Below are positions 28,484 through 37,886 of a stretch of 64,000 bases of DNA, piece by piece; position 1 is the stretch's first letter, and the number at the start of each line of letters is the position of its first letter. The position numbers were made by a program, and so were the translations under genes. Below the pieces are notes generated by a model. The model was not told the origin of the DNA and ran no database searches. It saw nothing but the letters and a program-made list of their open reading frames with translations. Source of the DNA: a virus (Duplodnaviria; Caudoviricetes); the IMG/VR virus record IMGVR_UViG_3300002026_000006, positions 1 to 64,000 of that record; one strand, given 5' to 3'.

Positions 28484-28695
28484 AATATAAAATTGTAGAA
28501 GTTGGTGATAAATTTCAGCTTCATTTTTTAAAAACTTACGGTGATAGCGTTAGGTGGGTTCCTCTTAGTAACATATATACCGGGATGAAAAAAGATATAA
28601 GAACATTTGATAGCGCAGAAGATGCAAGAGCATATTTGCCTATGATGAAAATGGCCAGAACATCTTTAAAAAAATATAGACTATCTAAAATCTAA
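28480..28695 (+). CDS. hypothetical protein
   Basis: coupled ORF, GGAG RBS. Confidence 0.55.
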   Translation: MKYKIVEVGDKFQLHFLKTYGDSVRWVPLSNIYTGMKKDIRTFDSAEDARAYLPMMKMARTSLKKYRLSKI

Positions 28696-28696
28696 A

Positions 28697-28930
28697 ATGC
28701 GACCTGTGAAATTTGAACTTACTACATATAGAAAAAATCGACGTAAATCTGTCTGGTGTATAAAAGTCCGCGGTAGTCCTAGCCAAGGGTTTTACAATTT
28801 TGCTGTTGATGATTTTCTTGACCCGCACAAAAATAAAAGATTTTTTATCGGTGGGACAACAGCTTATAGATATTCCAACAAAACACTTGCCGAAGAAGCA
28901 CTTTTATGTGCTATAATACGGTTTTGCTAA
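28697..28930 (+). CDS. hypothetical protein
   Basis: coupled ORF. Confidence 0.5.
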   Translation: MRPVKFELTTYRKNRRKSVWCIKVRGSPSQGFYNFAVDDFLDPHKNKRFFIGGTTAYRYSNKTLAEEALLCAIIRFC

Positions 28931-28948
28931 TCAACCAAGGTACAACAA

Positions 28949-30340
28949 ATGTCAGTTTACTCAATCATCCAAGAACTCGCTGCTACACGGTCATCGAATG
29001 ACAAGAAAGCTATTTTGCAACGCGAAGTAGCTAATGAAGATTTGAAAACATTTTTCAGACTTGCTTTGTCAAATCAAATCATGTTTTATCAAAAGAAGCC
29101 AATTTCATCAACTCACAAAGTTGTTGGTTTTAATCTTGGTGAAGCAATGCTGCGACTTGAAGAAAATATTGCTGGTAGAATGATCACAGGAAATTCTGCT
29201 CGTGCTTACATTGAAGATTTGTTTAATTGGGTATCAGTTGAAGATGAATTTGTTCTGAAACTCATCCTCCAAAAGAAATCTGGGTGCGATATTGGTGCTG
29301 CTGTCGTTAATAAAATTTGGGCTAAGTTGATTCCAGAATTTCCTTGTTTGCTTGCTACGAATTGGGATGACAAACTTGGTGAAAAGTTGTTTAAATCATC
29401 AGACATTATCTACTCACAAAAAAAGTCAGATGGTTTGCGCTGTTCAATCATCATTGACGAAGATGGAAACGTGTCAGCGTACACTCGCGCTGGTAATGAA
29501 TTAAATTTGTTTGGTGTTTTTGACGGTCTAGGTCAATTTACAAAAAGTGTTGTTATTGATGGCGAACTTCTTACTACTGACAAAACTACAGGAAAATTTA
29601 ATTCTCGTCAAGTAAGCAATGGTATTTGCTCAAAAGCTATTCATGGAACAATGTCTAAAGCAGAGTCTGAACAGCTGCATATGACAGCTTGGGATATCAT
29701 ACCTCTTAAAGACTTTAAAGAAGAAAAATCAAACCTGCATTACTCAACTCGTTGGTATGATTTGCAACAGTTGCTTACGAATAATAAATCTATAAATTCT
29801 ATTATTTCTTTGATCGATACTAAAATTGTTAAAACGATTGAAGAAGCCCAAGAGCATTATCAACAAATGCAAGCTGCTGGTGAAGAGGGGACTGTAGTAA
29901 AATCTGCTGTTATGTTGTGGGAGTCGAGGCGGTCTAAGTTGCAGTTAAAATGCAAGTCAGAATTGATCTGTGAATTAAAAGTCACTGGATGGTTGCCAGG
30001 AAAAGGTGAGTTTGAAGGTAATCTTGGTGCGCTAACAATGTCATCTTCTGATGGTAAAGTAGTGGTCAACATTTCTGGATTTTCTGTCAAACTAAGGACT
30101 GAGATTTTTGCGAATTTGACAAATAAACCTGCGAGTTATGACATGGTAGTGGATGGAAATTTGAAAACATTCATTGTCAATCCAGCAGATACAGATATTG
30201 ATATTGGGGCAATCGTGTCAGTAAAATACAACGCAAAAATCAAAGATCGCAATTCTGATGTGTGGTCGTTGTTTTTGCCACGATTTGAATGTTCACGTAT
30301 GGACAAATTGACAGCTAATTCTTTTGACGAAATCAAATGA
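28949..30340 (+). CDS. 30: ATP-dependent DNA ligase (T4 gp30-like)
   Basis: KKSDGLRC, IDGELL, AWDII, EEGTVVK, KCK, SLFLPRF. Confidence 0.93.
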   Translation: MSVYSIIQELAATRSSNDKKAILQREVANEDLKTFFRLALSNQIMFYQKKPISSTHKVVGFNLGEAMLRLEENIAGRMITGNSARAYIEDLFNWVSVEDEFVLKLILQKKSGCDIGAAVVNKIWAKLIPEFPCLLATNWDDKLGEKLFKSSDIIYSQKKSDGLRCSIIIDEDGNVSAYTRAGNELNLFGVFDGLGQFTKSVVIDGELLTTDKTTGKFNSRQVSNGICSKAIHGTMSKAESEQLHMTAWDIIPLKDFKEEKSNLHYSTRWYDLQQLLTNNKSINSIISLIDTKIVKTIEEAQEHYQQMQAAGEEGTVVKSAVMLWESRRSKLQLKCKSELICELKVTGWLPGKGEFEGNLGALTMSSSDGKVVVNISGFSVKLRTEIFANLTNKPASYDMVVDGNLKTFIVNPADTDIDIGAIVSVKYNAKIKDRNSDVWSLFLPRFECSRMDKLTANSFDEIK

Positions 30341-30774
30341 ACATTAACACTGGAAGAGCAGATGCTATCTGCGATATCGATAAAATAGAGAAAAAATATA
30401 AAGCTACTTGGGTAGGTCAGTTATCTCTTAAAACAACATCAGGTAATTGGACCACTGACAATTGCGGTGACGTTTACTATCAAGAATATCCTCTACATGA
30501 TGGATTTTCAAAATATTTTGCTCTTGTTATTCAGCAAGGCGATTTGTTTATTACATCTGGGGCTTCTGCTGTTGAAGGCATTATAACGGCAGTAGAAGCT
30601 GATGATGGCGAAATCATATACTCAAGGTACACTCACGACTATCGATGCTCTCAAGACGATTCTGTTTTTATAGATGGTGGAAGATCGTATGTAAGAACAG
30701 GTGTTGGGTATAAACTACACCATCTAAAAATAGTTGACGGTAAGTTTGTGAAGTGTGATACAATTCAGTCTTAG
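30337..30774 (+). CDS. conserved phage hypothetical protein
   Basis: YSRYTHDYR...FIDGGRSY. Confidence 0.75.
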   Translation: MNINTGRADAICDIDKIEKKYKATWVGQLSLKTTSGNWTTDNCGDVYYQEYPLHDGFSKYFALVIQQGDLFITSGASAVEGIITAVEADDGEIIYSRYTHDYRCSQDDSVFIDGGRSYVRTGVGYKLHHLKIVDGKFVKCDTIQS

Positions 30775-30804
30775 GTTAAATGAAACAACAAACTTAGGAC
30801 TGAA

Positions 30805-31104
30805 ATGCTTACACCACTGACCACTCAAGAACAAGCCCTCATTGTCAAAAACGTAGTGTCTGCTTGCAAAAACATTGACCGACTCAATGGAACTGGTTAT
30901 AAATTTATCAATCTTGCATGTGGGTTTATTGCTCACTACAATCTTGGTGGTTTCAAAGATTTTTATTCAAGGTATTCTCTGAAAGCTGATATTCGTCGCC
31001 ATGCTAAATCAAATATGTGGGACAATTTCAGGGTCGGTGAACAAAATTATGAGTATTACATGACCAAAAAAGCGGTTTATAAAGCAATTCTCGAAAAACT
31101 TTAA
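30805..31104 (+). CDS. hypothetical protein
   Basis: follows promoter TACAAT-TCAGTCTT at 30759. Confidence 0.7.
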   Translation: MLTPLTTQEQALIVKNVVSACKNIDRLNGTGYKFINLACGFIAHYNLGGFKDFYSRYSLKADIRRHAKSNMWDNFRVGEQNYEYYMTKKAVYKAILEKL

Positions 31105-31115
31105 AAGGAAATATT

Positions 31116-31343
31116 ATGATTAAGTGGAATCAAAAAGTAAAAGATATTGTAGCTCAAAATGATCGTATGAACGATTTCTACAACACTGGTATGGTCCAAA
31201 AGGCAAGTGTGGAAGATTTTGTTGAGGATATCGTTACTATGTGTGCTCAAGTGGCAAATGATGCTGGTCTTTCTCGGATTCCTGCTAGTGAATATCCTAA
31301 CTTGATCATGGAAGAATTCGGATTTTCTAAATCTAAAAAGTGA
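31116..31343 (+). CDS. hypothetical protein
   Basis: AAGGA RBS. Confidence 0.6.
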   Translation: MIKWNQKVKDIVAQNDRMNDFYNTGMVQKASVEDFVEDIVTMCAQVANDAGLSRIPASEYPNLIMEEFGFSKSKK

Positions 31344-31352
31344 GAGTTAATC

Positions 31353-31643
31353 ATGGTTTCTTTTGAATTTATCGGTTGGTGTAATGAAGGCGAAGGCAAT
31401 CACGATAAAATTTGGTGCAATTTTAAAGTAGAAAATACTTGGTATTGTGCTTGGGGTCGTCGTGGTGCCAAATTGTCATTCAAAAAACATCCAAGTTTCC
31501 ATTCGGTGAGTAAAGTTCAACGGTCTAAGGAAAATCGATACAAACCAGTTGATCAATTTTTGATGTTTAGTATTTTCCCCACATTTGAAGAAGATTTGGA
31601 GCAGACATTAGTTATGTCTACTCTTGCAGGTAAAGTCAAGTGA
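31353..31643 (+). CDS. WGR-domain-like protein
   Basis: NHDKIW...CAWGRRG. Confidence 0.6.
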   Translation: MVSFEFIGWCNEGEGNHDKIWCNFKVENTWYCAWGRRGAKLSFKKHPSFHSVSKVQRSKENRYKPVDQFLMFSIFPTFEEDLEQTLVMSTLAGKVK

Positions 31644-31705
31644 ATCTGACCGATTATCAAGCCTTCTATAACGCAAGAGAAAGCATAAATTTAGATGAAA
31701 TTAAT

Positions 31706-31918
31706 TTATTTTTTTGATGTGTCTACGATATCATCATAATCATAAATTGTCAGAATTTTGTTATGCTTCAGCATATTCTTAGCAACAATATGTAAATCCA
31801 AATCAGATTTTGCGTCTTCTCTGGAATATTCAAACAATCTTATTAAAAGAGGAATATCTAAAGTCACGGTATCTTCTTTTTTATTTGTATATTTTTCTAT
31901 TAGATTAGATATATGCAT
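31706..31918 (-). CDS. small late (probable virion) protein
   Basis: TLDIPLLIRLFEYSREDAKSDLDLH; perfect TATAAATA late promoter on the minus strand near 31937-44. Confidence 0.7.
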   Translation of the reverse strand: MHISNLIEKYTNKKEDTVTLDIPLLIRLFEYSREDAKSDLDLHIVAKNMLKHNKILTIYDYDDIVDTSKK

Positions 31919-31960
31919 ATTTTACCCCTATATTTTTAATATTTATAACGGAGACTTAAC

Positions 31961-32317
31961 ATGAGTGGTGGAGAATTTAATTACTCACAATGCAGAATAA
32001 CAGAAATTGCTTATGACATTGAGCAAATGTTTGAAACCGAATATTTCAAAAGCTTAGAACCAGAGACTCAACAAGAGTTTAGGAATGGTGTTTATATACT
32101 CAAGAAGGCATTTATTTACGCTCAGAGGATCGATTGGTTAGTCTCGGGTGATGATGGTGAGGACACCTTTCATTGTCGCATAGCGGAAGATTTGGACTAT
32201 CTAAATAAGAATGAAAAATGTAATGTTTGTTGTAGCAAAGTCACAAAAGAAAAATGTGACAATTGCGGAATACCTAATTTAATGAAAATAGAGGAACCAG
32301 AAAATGGAAAAAGCTGA
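31961..32317 (+). CDS. conserved phage hypothetical protein
   Basis: MSGGEFNY...IYAQRIDWLVSGDDGEDTF. Confidence 0.75.
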   Translation: MSGGEFNYSQCRITEIAYDIEQMFETEYFKSLEPETQQEFRNGVYILKKAFIYAQRIDWLVSGDDGEDTFHCRIAEDLDYLNKNEKCNVCCSKVTKEKCDNCGIPNLMKIEEPENGKS

Positions 32318-32485
32318 TCGGCAATATCTAACCCTAGTGTTTAAAGACCCTCCAAAAGAGTTGATTTCTGAACTAACACACAAAGAAGGCTGCGTCTTCA
32401 TGTCGTGGTCACATGTACCAAATGAGCTATCTAAGCTAGTTCAACAAAATAAAAATACAGCAAAATAATACGTTGTATTTTTACA

Positions 32486-32521
32486 AAAATCCGGGATAAT
32501 CACAAGTTGTCTCGGATTTTC
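32486..32521 (+). terminator. intrinsic terminator
   Basis: AAAATCCGGGA...TCTCGGATTTT. Confidence 0.55.
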
Positions 32522-32573
32522 AATTTAAAACATGATACAATATAGGCTAAGTTAAACAACACACTGAAACAAA

Positions 32574-32765
32574 ATGAAACTTGCTGATCTTAATGAAACA
32601 CAAAAAGACAACCTGTTTGCTACATATTACACAGAAAAAATTTGCTTGTTTTGCAAGCAAGCTTTCGGTTCAGTATTTGTTGGTTCGTATACAACCGAAA
32701 AAGATTTGGAAAAAGATTTGAATCTTTTTGATATCACCGAAGTAACAATAATTGGAGCAAAATGA
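32574..32765 (+). CDS. hypothetical protein
   Basis: follows promoter TACAAT at 32536. Confidence 0.55.
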   Translation: MKLADLNETQKDNLFATYYTEKICLFCKQAFGSVFVGSYTTEKDLEKDLNLFDITEVTIIGAK

Positions 32766-33796
32766 CAGAATATATTCGCAAAATGGCTTCGATCCAGATG
32801 GTCGAAGAAGTTAAATTGATACCAGAAGCAGACAAGATTTGTGCTTATGTGATTCAAGGGTACAATGTTATCGACCAAATTGGAAAATACTTGGTCGGCG
32901 ATAAAGTAATTTTCGTTCAGCCAGATTCATTTGTGCCAAGCACTCTAACACCATTTTTGACAAAGCCAGGAAAATTCCCAAAGACTTTCAATGGTGTTGA
33001 GGGTGAGAAAATTAAAACCATCAAGTTGCGTGGTGTATATTCCCAAGGTTTGATTCTACCTATTTCGGTATGTGATTTTATTGAATCTGAATTGTTTGTT
33101 GGTCTTGATGTTTCATATCCACTTGGGATTGAAAAATGGGAACCGCCACCAGAATTTACTTCTGCTGATGCTAAAGGTCTATTTCCTGATTTTATTCGCA
33201 AGACTGACCAAGAACGGATAAACAGTTTTTTCAAAGATCACTCACATCTGTTTGAAACAGAAACATGGATAATGGAAGAAAAATGTGAAGGTTCCTCAAT
33301 CACAGTTTACTATTATCAAGGCGACTTTGGGGTGGCGTCAAGAAATTTAAGCTTACGGCGTTCTGACGAAAACACGTATTGGAAAACTGCCCTTGAGTAT
33401 GATCTAGAAAATAAACTCACAGAATTGGGCAAGAATATTGCTATACAATTTGAATTGGTTGGGCCAAAAATTTCAGGGAATATCTATAAGCTAGATAAGT
33501 TTTATATGTTTGCTTTTGATGTTTTTGATATCGATAAGCAAGAATATTTAAACCCTTCTGATCGTAGGGAATTGACAAAAAAATTAGGATTGACAGATGC
33601 GCCTGTGCTACAATCGAGACTGTCGCTAAAAGGAAAGTCTCTAGAAGACATTCTAGAAATGGCCGATGGTCAATCAGTTCTAGGTACAATAGGATGTTTG
33701 CGAGAAGGTCTGGTATTCAAAGCGCATTCTGATAAGCGCATTAGCTTTAAATCAGTTTCACGTAAATATCTAGCAAAACAAGATTCAAAGGATTAA
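32762..33796 (+). CDS. RNA ligase, DRB0094 family
   Basis: RKMASIQ...I..ADKI, IKLRGVYSQG, KTDQERI, EKCEGSS, REGLVFK, FKSVSRKYL. Confidence 0.9.
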   Translation: MTEYIRKMASIQMVEEVKLIPEADKICAYVIQGYNVIDQIGKYLVGDKVIFVQPDSFVPSTLTPFLTKPGKFPKTFNGVEGEKIKTIKLRGVYSQGLILPISVCDFIESELFVGLDVSYPLGIEKWEPPPEFTSADAKGLFPDFIRKTDQERINSFFKDHSHLFETETWIMEEKCEGSSITVYYYQGDFGVASRNLSLRRSDENTYWKTALEYDLENKLTELGKNIAIQFELVGPKISGNIYKLDKFYMFAFDVFDIDKQEYLNPSDRRELTKKLGLTDAPVLQSRLSLKGKSLEDILEMADGQSVLGTIGCLREGLVFKAHSDKRISFKSVSRKYLAKQDSKD

Positions 33797-33798
33797 AA

Positions 33799-34401
33799 AT
33801 GACAGTATGGGTTTCAGGTGATATTCATTTCAATCACCGCAATATCGCTAAGTATTGCCCAAATAGGCAAACTAAATCATATAAAGGTGAGCCTACAGAC
33901 GAATCGATTCAAGAAATGAACGAATTGATTATTTCAAATTGGAATTCGGCGGTAGATCAAAATGATGAAGTTTATATTTTGGGTGATGTTTGCCTTGGTA
34001 TCATTGCTAACAGCATCAAATATATCCCACGACTCAATGGTAAGAAGCATCTTATCAAAGGAAATCACGACAAGACTTTAGTTAAATATATACGTGAAGG
34101 CGAAAGTGTTCCTGCTGTCAATGATCTATTTGAATCGGTTCATGATCTGTGGCAATTGCATTATCGTCACAAGGAAAAGAAGATAAAGGTGTTTATGTGC
34201 CATTACCCAATGCTACACTGGCCCTCAGACTGCGAATTTGCACTGAATGGGCATACACACCTACCACCAGATAAATGCTTGTATAGCGAGTTTAAACAAA
34301 TGGACGTTTCTTTGGATGGGAATTATTTGTTTCCACGAAAGTTAGATGACGTTTTAGGTCTACTTTCAAATAAAAAGTCTCAGGGAGATCACCACAAGTA
34401 A
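33799..34401 (+). CDS. calcineurin-like phosphoesterase
   Basis: GDIHFNH, LGD, GNHD, CHYP, NGHTH. Confidence 0.88.
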   Translation: MTVWVSGDIHFNHRNIAKYCPNRQTKSYKGEPTDESIQEMNELIISNWNSAVDQNDEVYILGDVCLGIIANSIKYIPRLNGKKHLIKGNHDKTLVKYIREGESVPAVNDLFESVHDLWQLHYRHKEKKIKVFMCHYPMLHWPSDCEFALNGHTHLPPDKCLYSEFKQMDVSLDGNYLFPRKLDDVLGLLSNKKSQGDHHK

Positions 34402-34545
34402 AATTGTGGTGTGTTATCCCAAAAACGTGATATAATTTAGTTTATGAACAAAAAGGAATTTATGTACTATATTTTTCGTGATCTGCTTTTTTACGTCGTC
34501 TTAGGGATGATTGTTATGAACCTTCTTTTTATTGTGAGCCAATGA

Positions 34546-35715
34546 TTAAAGTTTAAAGTTTCTCTTTGGTATATTAATATTGCCAAGTTTAACCCATTCT
34601 TTCCTAGTTTTCATTTTCTCAGATACGACTAGATCATCATGTGGATACATGAGCTTTTCAACTCCAGACTCAGAATAAACTCTAATTCTTCCAGCGTTTA
34701 TTCTTCTATATAAAGATTTATTATTATTATATTCTTCCATAGATATATTAATAGTTTCATTTGAATTATTATATACAGTTATACCTATACCGCAATTATT
34801 ATTTATAAGATTTTTTAGTTTTATTATAGGATCGGATATATCTAGATAATATTTATTTCCTTCAGAATCTTTAAATGTTGATTTATTTGTACATGCTGAG
34901 AATAATTCCCCTGATAATATTCTTGGATCGGATATATCTACATGATATTTATTTCCGTCCTTATCTACCATATTACATTTATTTTTTGTTACTCCCACCC
35001 AATCATTATTATTTTTGTCATTGAATTCTGATAATGGAATCATTTTTCTAATTCCATTTTTATTAATAGAAGATACCATATTACGAGACATATGGACAAG
35101 TTCTCCAGTTTGCAGACGCTCATCTGATACGTCTACTTGGAATATTTTTTCGGTATTAGCAAATTTTACTGGTATTTTATTTTTAAATATATGGACAAGT
35201 TCTCCAGTTTTTATTCTTAAATCATCTTTATCGACTAAGATCGGCTTACCATCTAAAAGATATACGGCTTTCCCTTTTGTGACACCAACCAATTCTCCAG
35301 AGATATATCTAGGATCATCAATTTCAACTTGAAAAGTATTCCCTTCACTGTCAATAACAACCACCTTATTTTTAGACCTATGTTGGATTTTATCGCCAAC
35401 TAAATGATAAGACGAAGCTCTAGTGCCACCAACACATATGTTATAGATATTTCCTTTATTTTCCAATAACCAAGATTCCGAAACAAATTCCGCCTCGGCT
35501 AAATCTGCTAATTCTCTAGAAAACGCAAAAAATAAAATTTCTCTACTAAAGTTTTCTTTTCCATATTTCTTAATAGCTTTTTTTAATAATGTGCCGCTAC
35601 CTAAATATTCATCATCTAAATTATTGGTTAAATGTACACCTCTATATACTTTACCGTTTATATTGTTGGTTGTTTCATATATAAAATTAAATTCATAAAT
35701 ATTATTGCTGTGCAT
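34546..35715 (-). CDS. GIY-YIG homing endonuclease with ~8 tandem ~32-aa repeats (cassette copy 5)
   Basis: FIYETTNNINGKVYRGVH...YLGSG; repeats DxxGNxxxVDISDPRIxSGEL. Confidence 0.85.
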   Translation of the reverse strand: MHSNNIYEFNFIYETTNNINGKVYRGVHLTNNLDDEYLGSGTLLKKAIKKYGKENFSREILFFAFSRELADLAEAEFVSESWLLENKGNIYNICVGGTRASSYHLVGDKIQHRSKNKVVVIDSEGNTFQVEIDDPRYISGELVGVTKGKAVYLLDGKPILVDKDDLRIKTGELVHIFKNKIPVKFANTEKIFQVDVSDERLQTGELVHMSRNMVSSINKNGIRKMIPLSEFNDKNNNDWVGVTKNKCNMVDKDGNKYHVDISDPRILSGELFSACTNKSTFKDSEGNKYYLDISDPIIKLKNLINNNCGIGITVYNNSNETINISMEEYNNNKSLYRRINAGRIRVYSESGVEKLMYPHDDLVVSEKMKTRKEWVKLGNINIPKRNFKL

Positions 35716-35819
35716 AATGTCTCCTTAACTGTTGATAGCATAGAGTTCTTGGGTAGTTGCATACCGCGAAGAACATTTTTGTTGACGTACCAAAAATTTT
35801 GTGGTACAATACTATTTAG
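35695..35819. ncRNA. nuclease-associated structured cassette, copy 5 (with outward sigma70 promoter)
   Basis: ATAAATA 35695-701; CTGTGC/GCATAG; GTTCTT-G-GGTA-loop-TACC-GCG-AAGAAC; TTGACG 35782 + 17 + TACAAT 35805. Confidence 0.7.
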
Positions 35820-35843
35820 TCTTTTAAGAAAGGAGCGCCGTTA

Positions 35844-36258
35844 ATGCAAGAATTTTATATCATTCGTGGCTTACCTAGGCAGCGGTAAATCTCACACGGC
35901 TAGGAAACTTGGATTCCTAGAGCGAATCACTCATTTTGAAGCTGATATGTTTTTCAATGACAACGGAAAATATAACTTCAACATCAACAAGCTATCAGAA
36001 GCACATTGGTGGTGTCAAGATCAGGTAGCACATGCGTTGTCATGTGGTGCCAGTGTTTGTGTCTCTAACACATTCACAACAATTCGTGAAATGAAACCAT
36101 ATTTTGAAATGGCTAAGAAATATGGCCTTATTCCAAATGTGATCACTTGCCAATCAAAATTTGGCAACATTCATGATGTCCCTGAAGAAACTCTCAAAAA
36201 AATGGAGAATCGGTTTGACTATGATCTGACTCCATTGTTTGAATTACTGAAAGAATAA
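35844..36258 (+). CDS. P-loop (AAA_33/polynucleotide kinase-like) protein interrupted by a +1 frameshift at CCT-A-GGC
   Basis: AAGGAG RBS, MQEFYIIRGLP in frame 0 then GSGKS...EADMFF...VSNTFT...HDVP in +1 frame. Confidence 0.75.
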
Positions 36259-36259
36259 A

Positions 36260-36556
36260 ATGGATGATTTATACATTCACGGTTACAGGTTAGTTCTTGG
36301 TTGTTTTGCTTGCCCAGAGCAATATGATGTGTTTGACCCTAAAGGTAATCTTATTGCTTATCTTAGGCTAAGGCATGGAAAGTTTACTGTTGAATGCCCA
36401 GATGTTAATGGGGAAACTGTATATACCGCATACCCAAGAGGCGATGGAATATTCAATGCAGAAGAAAGGCTTTTCTTTTTAAATAAAGCAATCGAAGCTA
36501 TTCAAAAATATAAATTTGAGAAACTTCATGAGAAACTTCAAGATTTTTTTAAATAA
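36260..36556 (+). CDS. conserved phage hypothetical protein
   Basis: CFACPEQYDV...YLRLRHG. Confidence 0.75.
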   Translation: MDDLYIHGYRLVLGCFACPEQYDVFDPKGNLIAYLRLRHGKFTVECPDVNGETVYTAYPRGDGIFNAEERLFFLNKAIEAIQKYKFEKLHEKLQDFFK

Positions 36557-36562
36557 GGAAAT

Positions 36563-37192
36563 ATGAAAATTTTTATAGGAAAATATCGCTCGTGGGTAGG
36601 TGTGTATCAGCTAGCATCTTTACTAAAATACGTTGGCGTTTCAGAGGACAAGTGTCATGAAATTGGGGGCAAAGCACCACAATGGTTGGTCGATTTTGCC
36701 GAATGGATTCACTCTAAGAAACATCGTAAAGTAAAGATCAAAATTCACGATTATGATACATGGAATGCTAACGATACAATGGCTATGATCATTCATCCAA
36801 TTTTGGTTAAACTAAAAGAGGATAAGCATGGTTCTCCGTTTACCACAGACGAATTTATTCCAACTGGTTTGAATCTAAGGACAGACGAGTGTGAAAAACC
36901 AGAAGATGGTGACACAGACGACAATTTTCATAAAAGATGGTCGTGGATTTTGGACGAAATGATCTGGGCATTTGAGCAACATCTACCAGATAATGATTGG
37001 GAAGATCAGTATCATTCAGGTGTTATCGATTTTGAATTTGTCCCATGCGAAGACAATCCAGAAATGTCAAAAATGGAAAGTGGTCCAAATGATACTCACA
37101 AGTTTGATTCTGAGGGATATCGAGCACATTCTGATAGAATTGAGCGTGGTACTAGGTTATTCGGTTTGTACTACAGTGGACTTTGGTCATAA
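36563..37192 (+). CDS. conserved T4-like hypothetical protein
   Basis: KIKIHDYDTWN...IIHPILVKLKEDKHGSP...WILDEMIWAF. Confidence 0.8.
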   Translation: MKIFIGKYRSWVGVYQLASLLKYVGVSEDKCHEIGGKAPQWLVDFAEWIHSKKHRKVKIKIHDYDTWNANDTMAMIIHPILVKLKEDKHGSPFTTDEFIPTGLNLRTDECEKPEDGDTDDNFHKRWSWILDEMIWAFEQHLPDNDWEDQYHSGVIDFEFVPCEDNPEMSKMESGPNDTHKFDSEGYRAHSDRIERGTRLFGLYYSGLWS

Positions 37193-37444
37193 TTGCTAAA
37201 TTTCGCTATGGCAATTGCTAAAAACTTAGAAAATTTCTATGATGATTGGCACTTTGTTACGGTTGGAAAAATGCATCTTTATGATGCCAGTGTTTGGTGT
37301 ATAAAGACAATAGGAGTAAAAGCATTAAAATGGGATAATAAAATAAACCTATATAATGTAGTATATAGATTCAAAAACAAAGACGACGCATTAATGTTTT
37401 TGTTAAAGTTTGGTGGTTGATTTTTAATTTTTTAGGAGTATATT

Positions 37445-37825
37445 ATGAGTAAAAGTGAATTGGTTTCGACACGGATCATTCGGCATGTCCGTTATGTTGC
37501 TAAAAATGGATATGATTTTGAAAGTCGTGGTGGTGTTACATTTTTGTTCAATTTAGATTATCTAAATCGGCTTGTCAATGTTAGTTTCGCAGTATGTTCG
37601 TCAAATGACAATTTCTGCAAAGCTGATGGTATTCGATATGCTGAAGAACTTGGTGTTGAGCGCACAATGAACCTAGATGAGTTTCAGAAGTATGCTAACC
37701 AACAGCAACACACAGGGTTCGTTAGTGCCTATCTGAGTATTCTAAGAGCTAACAAATGTCTGAATTTGAATTCTCATCGGGAAGAAAATCTACTGAGCAA
37801 AATTGATAAACGGTACACCGTGTGA
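37445..37825 (+). CDS. hypothetical protein
   Basis: AGGAG RBS; RGGVTF...VCSSNDNFCKADG. Confidence 0.7.
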   Translation: MSKSELVSTRIIRHVRYVAKNGYDFESRGGVTFLFNLDYLNRLVNVSFAVCSSNDNFCKADGIRYAEELGVERTMNLDEFQKYANQQQHTGFVSAYLSILRANKCLNLNSHREENLLSKIDKRYTV

Positions 37826-37858
37826 CCAAAATGTAAAATTAATTTTACAAAATTCAAC

Positions 37859-37886
37859 AAAAGAGCAACACAGTTTGCTCTTTTTG
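37859..37886 (+). terminator. intrinsic terminator
   Basis: AAAAGAGCAA-cacagt-TTGCTCTTTTT. Confidence 0.75.

Noticed and set aside
21303-33796. Introns or inteins in thyX, DNA ligase or RNA ligases
   Set aside because: All are continuous, normal-length ORFs without intein C/HN motifs; the adjacent nucleases are free-standing.
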